This document shows positions 54,697-64,000 of a stretch of 64,000 bases of DNA, piece by piece. Under the pieces are notes generated by a model. That model was not told the DNA's origin. It did no database searches and saw only the letters and a list, made by a program, of their open reading frames with translations. Made by a program: the position numbers and the translations under genes. The stretch comes from Eledone cirrhosa (Eukaryota), in assembly GCA_964016885.1 (NCBI GenBank), contig OZ024741.1, positions 192,448,001 through 192,512,000 of the forward strand, in the 5' to 3' direction. Numbering within the stretch: position 1 is the stretch's first letter; each line of letters starts with the position of its first letter.

Positions 54697-55408
54697 GGCG
54701 TTCTTTACGCGGTGTCAAGAATGAAAGTAAATTTATTTTCATTTTCGAACGTCGTGTTTACCTTTTGTGTGTCATAGAAAGTATCATCGTGGCCTGTGGA
54801 GACAAGGTCACTGGGTCTTCAGCGCTGTTAAACGCCATTCTGGACGCTTTTGCCTTGTAGAAGTCCCAAATCGAAGCCGTGACACTCTCGTCCCCATCAT
54901 TCAGCAATGGATTTTGCCAGGCAGCCGTATCATCTCCGATGGTTGGGCTTCCTATTCGGAAATTGAGGAAATTGAATGTGGGATTTACCTTCATGATGTT
55001 GTAGTGCACGAACGGAACTTTGTAGGTCCTGCGGACACTGATGTGCACACACAGCTCATAGAGAACACATGGAGACGTGCAAAGAAGAAGCTTCGTCGCC
55101 AGCATGGTACCAGCAGTGCTTTATTCCATTCATATATAGCTGAATTTCTTTGGCGGCAGAGAGTTGGAGCCAACAAGTTTGGCGAAATGATAAACTGTAT
55201 TGCAGCTATTTATATGGTGTAGTAATCATTTAAATAAGGTTGATAATTTAAAATTTTATATGCAATAAACGTTTAAATATGTTAAATAAATTTACTTTCA
55301 TTATCCGCGACGTTTCGTTTAAACACACACACACAAAATGTAACACGACGTTCGAAAATGAAAATAAATTTACTTTCATTCTTGACACCGCTAAAAGTAA
55401 GGAACGCC
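54697..55408 (+). mobile_element. Internally deleted Merlin (IS1016/ISXO2-like DDE) transposon
   Basis: TIRs of about 60 bp, GGCGTTC...CGAACGTCGTGTT; 8-bp TSD ATATTATG (54689-54696, 55409-55416); ORF VPNRSRDTLVPIIQQWILPGSRIISDGWASY...VHTQLIENTW. Confidence 0.92.
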
Positions 55409-55805
55409 ATATTATGTATAATCTATTATTGTATAAGGTTAGATATATAAATTTAAACATTTATGTAAAATTTGAATGGCTCGTATATGTGAATTGTAAA
55501 CAAACTTTTATTAAGGGAAAGATAACTCTAGTGTTTAGTAATTTAAGGGATGCAAATTATTTAAAGATATATTGTTTGATCTAATGTTTAACCTAATAAT
55601 TAATTATAATTTATATTATAATATGTGTTGTGTTGTTCAATTTCTAAATATATATATATATATATATATATGTAGATAAATCTACCAAAAGTTTACGGTA
55701 GTGTCCAATCCGTATGAAGAACTCAATGTAATCCGGATATCATGGAAAGAAGAGATACATTAAAAAATCACTTTCGGTGAAAGATAAACGGAATACAGAG
55801 TCAAG

Positions 55806-56212
55806 ATAAAATATAAAAAAAATAATGAATAAAACAAAGAAACAGTTCCTTATATTAAACAAAAAAAGTTCATTATTTAACGATCGTTTCTAGGACATAT
55901 ATGTGTTAGAATTGGCATGCATATTCAAAAGATCTATGTACAAAATTATACAAACTATCAAGAAGAATATACATACCATCACATATATATGCTGTCTTCA
56001 GAAATAATTTTATTTCTGAAGACAGCATATATATGTGATGGTATGTATATTCTTCTTGATAGTTTGTATAATTTTGTACATAGATCTTTTGAATATGCAT
56101 GCCAATTCTAACACATATATGTCCTAGAAACGATCGTTAAATAATGAACTTTTTTTGTTTAATATAAGGAACTGTTTCTTTGTTTTATTCATTATTTTTT
56201 TTTATATTTTAT
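55806..56212. repeat. About 400-bp near-perfect palindrome with two hammerheads
   Basis: Centre 56008/56009; plus strand TTATTT CTGAAGA (56016-56022) [about 100-nt stem II] GAAA (56127-56130) CGATCG TT AAATAA; diverged single copy at 21826-21990. Confidence 0.9.
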
Positions 56213-56440
56213 ATATATATATATATGCAGAGGTTATATTTAATTTGTTGGGATTCAACAATTTTTAAGCTTGTTGAATCCCAACAAATTAAATATAACC
56301 TCTGCATATATTTAACTCCTTTATTGTTGAGCGCTTTAAATTATAACTGATTACAAATGTAATTCTTTAGGATCTCTTCTTCTCTAGAAGACATAGCTTT
56401 ACCTAAAATAAATATGGTTTTATAAATATACTTTCCATTT

Positions 56441-56501
<61 letters not shown>

Positions 56502-56531
56502 TGAGGTAAAATCCCGACTGCGATGCCAAGT

Positions 56532-56576
<45 letters not shown>

Positions 56577-56876
56577 TCTTCACACACACACAACGCGCGC
56601 GCACACACACGCACATACTCATACACAATACATATTATCAGAATGTATGAAATCTATAAAGAAAAAATCTTCATCACACTTTGTTTGAATAATTACAGAA
56701 AAACCTAAATAAAAAATAGAGAAAATCAGTTCCAAGCCACTTTACATCGGCCATTGTTGATGGAGAGGTGGGTGTGTGGTGTGGAGAAGAAGGTGGAGTT
56801 GAGGGAGAAGTCGACAAGAGGAAATTATCAACTACTACTACTACTACTACTAACACCACCACCATCACTACTACAT

Positions 56877-56919
<43 letters not shown>

Positions 56920-57033
56920 CACAAAGCCCAACACCACCACTATCACCACCGCCGCCAACGCCACCACCACCACCACCACCACCACTACTACTACTACTAT
57001 TACTATACTACTACCACGACGACGACGACCACC

Positions 57034-57115
<82 letters not shown>

Positions 57116-57406
57116 TAGTGATGATAATGATAATTGTGTCGGAAGGTAAGGATCTTAATTTTATGCTGGGTGATTTTAAAGTTGGCAAAATACTAAAAAA
57201 ATATAAAAATAATAGAATTAGTGGCAGTGGAATGTTGTGGTGGTTCGGTTGTGTGGTGGGTTGGTGGTGCGATGGCATTGTGGTGCAGTGGTGTGGTGCT
57301 GTATCGGCTTTAAGTAGGAAAATATCCTGTGGAAGAAATATCTTAAGGACATCGTAAGACTCATAGAAATCAAATTATAATACTGATCATGATGATGATA
57401 ATAACA

Positions 57407-57457
<51 letters not shown>

Positions 57458-57479
57458 ACTATTTTGACTTACTTGTGAA

Positions 57480-59339
57480 AACGTGTTATCGTGAAATCCT
57501 AAAGGTTTGTTGTTTTTAAGTTGTTTTGAATTGCCAGATATGGAAAACGTTTGTTGTTAACTGTTGCTAAGTTCATATATATTGCTTTCTGAAAAGGACA
57601 CTCGGGAATATTGCGGCCTTGAGCCCAAATTTGAACTTTATTTTCTCAAAACAAACAATTTTTTTGTAAGAAATATGGACGTTATACGCCTCCAAAAATT
57701 AAGCCAGCTGTCACGTAACAGCGGCCCTAACATAGACACTATTTCCTCCACCACCATTGTGAACCTTGCTACAATTGTCAACACGGATAACAGCAACAGT
57801 AGCAATAGCAGTCGCCAAAGTTTGCCCCGTTCAGACGTGAACTTTCCACCTTTGCCAATGTCTACCGGTGTGAAAGCCATCATCTTCACCGCCACAATGT
57901 CGAGGAGTACATCCCACACCACAAGTACCACCACCACCACCACCACCACCACATTTGGGACATGTGTGGGCTCAGAAAAACCCACCTCATACGTGGACGA
58001 AGATATGGAACCGTGGGTGTGTTCTTTGGAACCCCACAGAAAGCCAGAGAGCACTCCATGGCCCCACTAAAGCGTGACTAAAGCGTGACGAGCTCACACT
58101 AGTCCCAAGTTACTGCGGACAAAGGCTCGTGAGAGTAAGAGTGACCCAGGTATCGCCGGCCATTGAAATTCCCTGGCTGATGGCTGTCGTCCTCGCTGAC
58201 ATCGAAGATAACACAAAAGTCATCGAGGTCTTGAAAATCAAACAAGAGAACTGGTCCGGTTCTGGAATGGAGCTCCTGATCCAAGTGGATCAAAAAAACA
58301 TCCAGGAGATTCCAGAGGTGATAGACCTCGATGACGGCAGCCACCTGACAGTAATCACAGAAGGTAGAAGGCCAAAGTGTGTCGTTTGTAGCGATGGAAC
58401 CCACCTAAATGTCTTCTGCCCTCAGAGGGTGGCTAAAAAGTTAAGACCACCTTTCCTGCCTACCCCATGGTCTCAACCAGAAAAAAACAGCAGCAGCAAC
58501 GGCAGCAGCAACTGTAGCAAGACAACCCCCACCCCACCAGAAGTATCACTAACGTCACCACCATCCACCACGCCACACTCAACACCAATGCTTGTGGAGG
58601 ACATTCCACTTCCCGACAACTGGAGACGGATTGTGACGAGGAGGTTGGGTGGAAAACTGTATCTGGAAAAAAAGAAACCAAAAAAGAAAAATCCTTATTT
58701 CTTTGCCGTACAAAAAATAGACAGCGAAATAAACAAACAAAAAATAAGAAAGTTAAGACAGATACGCCACCACCTCCACAACCCACACCAGCATCGCAAG
58801 TCCCACCACCACAAAAACCAACACCATCACCATCATCAACCTCAACACCATCATTACCAACACCACATAAAGCACCAACAAGCGAAACAGAAACAAACCC
58901 ACAACAAACGCAAACACAACAGAACGATCAAACTGAAACAGCATTAAACTTGAATAAGCAATTATTACACTACATCCAACACAACACCAGTATCACAGAG
59001 AAAAACTACACAACACCCCAAAAATTCACACCACCCACACACATACAAATTATTTGTATCACACAGAAAAGACACAACCTTAAAAGAAAAATTCCCCAAG
59101 GACATTGGAGATTTCCAGCAAACACGTTCCAGGAGGATATATAAAGACATCCTTCTAGAAAGGGCCATAAACAGTCAGAAGGACGGAAAAACCATTCTTC
59201 TTCCACAAGAACTGAGGTAAGTGGTCTTTCCCATCTTTTGCCACTCCTTTTCAACATGAGCTTACTCAGAATAGGCAGCATAAATGCACGTGGCCTGGGG
59301 TCGTCATCGAAGCAAGGTCACCTGCTCAACGACCTCTAA
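57480..59339 (+). mobile_element. 5' half of an L1/Tx1-type LINE (ORF1 with zinc knuckle, start of ORF2 AP endonuclease)
   Basis: CVVCSDGTHLNVFC = CX2CX4HX4C in 58129..58947; ATG 59256 gives MSLLRIGSINARGL, the APE N-terminal motif; 5' boundary uncertain. Confidence 0.8.
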
Positions 59340-60329
59340 TCAGCCCACTGATCAGCCAGATTTGCATATCAGCAGATAGGCGAGTCAGTTTCATGTATAC
59401 GAGCGATTAATGACCGGCTTTTCCATAGTTAAATAACTAACAAATAGTTTTATCGTTCTACATGGCTGAATACAAGAAATGTAAATTTTGTATTTAGACA
59501 GGTAGAGCGATAAAACTATTTGTTAGATGTATATATGCCAGGTGGTGCTATTAAGTTAGACATGGCCTGGGCCAATACTGGCCAAAACATTTCAAAGTTA
59601 TTCAAAGTTATATGTATGCATGTATATATATGTAGGAAAGTAAAAAACAACAACAACGCAGGAGTACAAGTTACAAAAGGTATTAGGTTCACGCTTAGTG
59701 AGAGTGGAGTGTGTGGGTGTGACGTTTCGGTCATAAGCCCTTCACCAGGAGAGTGGGGGGGGGGACTCCGAGAGCGAGTGAGGGTGGAGTTAGTGGGAAA
59801 AAAATAAAACATGAAGTGGAAAATAAAAGTTAAAATACAAGTTGTGAAAGGATGTGAGGTGTGTGTGGGGTGGATGGAGGGGGAAGAGGAGAAGGAGAGA
59901 GAGAGGGGAGAAGAAAAAAAGGGGTTCGAGTGGGGAGGGCGGAAGGTGTGGTGTCTGTGTATGTGGGGGTAGGTGTACGCATGTGTGTGTATGCGTCGTG
60001 AATGTGTGAGATTTTGGAAAACCATTTTGTATGTTGGGGTGGAGTGTAAGTCTGAGTGTGTGTGTGTGTGCGTGTGGATGGAAAGGGGTCGGACGGGGTG
60101 GGGGAGAATGTGCGGAATCCGGAGGCAGATTGGGTGTATGTGAGGATGCGCACGTGTGTGTGTGTGTGTTTGTGTGGTGTGGGTACGTTGGAATGTATGG
60201 TTGCGTGTGTGCGAAAATGGTGTGTTTGTGTGTGTCTAACTTTCTGAATGGTTTTTCGGTGTGTATGTAAAATGATGGCACTGTTCCGTATATATATATA
60301 TATACGGAACATATATATATATATACATA

Positions 60330-60531
60330 TAGGAACGAGTAGGACCCCAACGGCTGAGCTCAAGCCGTTTCGACGGCTAATTCTGGACTAATTTAGTCCA
60401 GAATTAGCCGTCTAAACGGCTTGAGCTCAGCTGTCGGGGTCCTACTCGTTCCTATTACCCACTCTACTACTCTAAGTATTGAGTACTTTGGTGCGTTATG
60501 GTCCACCTGGTTCCTTACCACATTTCTTTCG

Positions 60532-60533
<2 letters not shown>
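60330..60533. repeat. PLE family-A pLTR-end fold-back fragment
   Basis: TTCTGGACTAA-T-TTAGTCCAGAA junction near 60392; tail ends TTCGTTA into (TA)n. Confidence 0.88.
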
Positions 60534-60577
<44 letters not shown>

Positions 60578-60732
60578 TTAAGGATACTATTTATGGTTAT
60601 GTATATAATAAAACCTTATATAGTTATATATATTTTAAACCCTAAATAGTGAAAGACAGTAATTCATTACTATCTTATTACCAGTAAGATAAATAGCTCA
60701 ATGTAATAACATCAGTTGTTTTACAGAGCAGT

Positions 60733-61067
60733 TATATAGAAATTACATGAATCAAAGTTCAGTTTAAATCATTTATTTGCTTACAATTGTTTCCTCCAAA
60801 CCGAGGTTTGGATTCTTCGGAGCAACTATTTAGTGATTTTTACATACTTGACCTCTTTTTCAACACAAGAGACATATAAAAACATATGTGTATATTGACC
60901 CAATATATTGGGTCAATATACACATATGTTTTTATATGTCTCTTGTGTTGAAAAAGAGGTCAAGTATGTAAAAATCACTAAATAGTTGCTCCGAAGAATC
61001 CAAACCTCGGTTTGGAGGAAACAATTGTAAGCAAATAAATGATTTAAACTGAACTTTGATTCATGTA

Positions 61068-61078
<11 letters not shown>
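60733..61078. repeat. About 345-bp perfect palindrome with two CCGAAGA hammerhead motifs
   Basis: Centre 60905/60906; plus strand TTGCT CCGAAGA (60991-60997) A TCCAAAC-CTCG-GTTTGGA G GAAA CAATTG TA AGCAA (to 61034); mirror at 60777-60825. Confidence 0.9.
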
Positions 61079-61130
<52 letters not shown>

Positions 61131-62859
61131 TATATGGATCTCAGTACATGTAACGAAAGTTTAGCTATGCCCTGCATAGGTATGTATGCACTGCATACAT
61201 ACCTAAGGCCTCCGTGATGAGTGGGATTGTGTTTTATTTCAGGTTACACAGCCTTTCAATTTCTACCTGTAAGTTTTTGTATTTGCTTTGAGTTATACTC
61301 ATATCAATTAATTTGCAGATTTATTTTTTCTTTCCTTGGTGATGTTATATGCTCTGTTCGTTCAAACTGTCTATTCTGTGCTAACTGAGAAATGCAAAGG
61401 TATTGTTTCATCATTTCCGTCAATTACTGGCTCTGGGCGGTGTTCATGCGAGTTGATAGTTCTTTTTATCTTGAAGTAGCCGCATGCCTTCCAATATATG
61501 TATTAGCCTACACTGTTATAGCGGGTTGCCTACTTATTTGGTGCCAGTAACGGATGGCTTGTAATAAGATGGTCTACTATTTCATCATATTGGTGACAAA
61601 ACCTGCATGTTTGCTCTTCAAAATTTTTTAAATTATGAGATCCGTACTCTCTGGCAAACAGAATTCAACCGCTGATAGGCTTTTTGCTCTACATCAGCAT
61701 CTTTGCTGAGGACATACTGTCCATACTGGGGCTTTCTTTCTCAGTGGTCTTCTAATTGTTTTTGGCCTTGGATTTCCACGAGCTGATTGATGTTTTGGGT
61801 TGCATGGTGCCCACTTAATGCATGGTTTATGTGTGCCGTATTTTCTACAGGGGAGTTTTCGGTAGTTTCTAGAACATATTGCAATCTGTGAACTCTAGAT
61901 ATCTAAACAACTGTGTCGCTGCTGTTTCACATAGCAGTTGTTATTGATGCGGTATTCTCTGGCAAAATATTTAGAACGCTGGAAAAATGCTTTGCGGTAT
62001 TTGTTCGAACTCTATGCGTTCTGAATTCAAATCCGTGACCAATTTTGCTTTTCACCCTTCCAGCGATCGATAAAATGATATACCAGTGAAGCAGTGGGTT
62101 GATGTAATCGAATTTTCCCTTCCCTCGGGTTGTTGGATTTTTGCCAATGATAGAAAATGATCATTATTAGTACTGCTTTGCTGTATCAAGGCGGGTTTAT
62201 CGATGTCTTTGGAAGTTTTGAACTTATTGTCAATAATTGTGTTCCCGGGGATTATTAAGTAATCCAGCTTCGGAAAAAAACAAAACAAAAAAAAACAGAG
62301 TGGTGTCCTTTTATTTATTGCCCATTGGAATAAAACATTTAAACAAATTTTTGCATTTTCCAATAAAGTTTTCAAAAGTGACAACCGCATTGTTGCTGAG
62401 ACAACATAAGAAAGGATGGTGAGGGGTGATTCAACGTGTGAAGATAGACCTGTTACCCCATTTCTCTTTTCATCAAATAACTATTTTCAGTTACATTACT
62501 CTCACAAAATAGGTGAAAAATGCTAATGCAATAACATCAACAACAAGGGGGTACAACAACAACGACAGCAACAACAAATATGACAGGCGCAGAGAATGCA
62601 ACAATACAACCAACAATACTACAACACGTGGAAGGAAAAGAAGCAACAACGACTGCGATTACACGTCACTTGCAGCCAGCTTTTTTGCTAAGACGACAAC
62701 AACGACGACGACCACCACCACCACCACTAGGGCACATGGGTAATTTAAAAAAAAATCACTTGCATGGCTGTGCTATGTCAAACAGCTATTACGTAACCGG
62801 ATATCAGCTGAAGATCGCCCCGCCACCTTCCTTTGACCCAGATGGTTTAGGCAGTTTTA

Positions 62860-63120
62860 TCTGTCTGTTGAATCCGCACTGTGATTCTTGGTACATATGC
62901 TATGCCAGCTTCTGCAGGCGGATCAAGATGACCCTTGCGAATACCTTGCCGACAACACTGAGAAGGGAGATACCCCTGTAGTTGTTGCAGTTGCTTCTTT
63001 CACTCTTGTTCTTGTAGATGGTGATGACCTTAGCGTCCCTCATGTCCTGTGGAACAGCACCTTCTTGCCAGCACTGGCAGAGGACCTCATGCAATGGCTG
63101 CAGTAGAGTAGCCCCGCATT
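62860..63120 (-). mobile_element. RTE (BovB-like) RT fragment
   Basis: CWQEGAVPQDMRDAKVITIYKNKSERSNCNNYRGISLLSVVGKVFARV...ESQCGF. Confidence 0.88.
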
Positions 63121-63577
63121 GCTTGTTCTGGTCTGGAGGAATAACTTAAGTAACTGTAACATGTCTAAAAATAGTTTAGATCCCTGTCATCATCAAACCA
63201 GATATATTCACATTTTTCTTCGTGTGTATATTCATATATGTGCGTATGTATTAACAACTCTATATATACACATGTGTGTATGCAAAGTAAATAAATACAT
63301 ACATACATACATACATATATGCATATATACATGCATACACGCACTCACAATATATATACACAACACTGGTTTTATCAGAATACGACTAGCTGAGGCACCA
63401 CTTTCAATGGTTTAAATCTCTCAAGTCTACCCCCATATACATATTTTCGAACTCTGTTAGCCAATCCGCTACGTTATATGATACAAAGAAACAGTAAACG
63501 TAAACATAGACACGGACAAACACTCACACATATACCTCTCACCATCTCCTACACTCTCGCTAAACAGTAAACAATTA

Positions 63578-63618
63578 CAGCCACTTCGAAGTTTCGCCGA
63601 AAGCAGCTCAACAAACTG
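63578..63618 (-). ncRNA. Degenerate hammerhead motif
   Basis: Minus strand CAGT TTGTTGA GCTG-CTTT-CGGC GAAA CTTCGAAG TG GCTG; all three stems present, core and cleavage triplet decayed. Confidence 0.45.
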
Positions 63619-63837
63619 AAAGTGTAAGAGATATTACAACTTGTATATGAGGAAGAGGAGGTAGTATACAGAAGAGTTTATAAATATGGGAGGGACTAAG
63701 AAAAGAATACTGTTCTAGATGCAAGCAAATTTGAATCAGTCTGTAACTGATTCAAATTTAATAAGTGATTCGGGAAAACTTTCTTAACCACACAACAGAA
63801 AGCAGGATGAGATGGATATTAAATGAGCATTCATTAT

Positions 63838-64000
63838 TTGGCAGTATCGGTAGAGGGTCGGACACCATGCTTTGACGCATAGAGTTACGGTCCGTGCCAT
63901 TCTGAGTTCAAATCCCGCCGAGGTTAACTTTGCCTTTCATCCTTACGGGGTCGATAAAATAAAGTACTAGTAATACACTGGCTAATTTTCTGGCCCTGTG
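63838..64000 (+). mobile_element. tRNA-derived SINE (major family), cut by the window end
   Basis: Matches 39026-39190. Confidence 0.88.

Noticed and set aside
54767-55222. Bacterial IS1595/ISXO2 contamination or recent bacterial transfer
   Set aside because: Embedded in host-type repeats, with TIRs and an 8-bp TSD typical of eukaryotic Merlin

Overview
AT-rich eukaryotic DNA packed with (TA)n/(CA)n/(TAA)n microsatellites and transposon remnants. The SINE/LINE content looks like a cephalopod (octopus-like) genome; that assignment is inference. Penelope-like elements (PLEs; RT + GIY-YIG) dominate, including one near full-length copy with pseudo-LTRs and an inverted 5' arm (13641-18250) and many short fold-back derivatives in (TA)n tracts. 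By manual folding I count more than 20 type-I hammerhead ribozyme motifs from about 10 sequence families. Most have a palindromic stem III, several have non-canonical cores (U3-A8, C3/A8, U4C, A6G), and many are duplicated as inverted pairs. Also present: R4/Dong-like LINEs stacked in (TAA)n, L1/Tx1 pieces (one 5'-inverted), RTE fragments, two tRNA-SINE families, a deleted mariner, a deleted Merlin with an 8-bp TSD, a non-autonomous Helitron, and one probable host exon (43876-44286, minus) encoding tandem RRxS repeats. Most long ORFs in the track are microsatellite artefacts. All folds and alignments were done by eye, so element boundaries are approximate.
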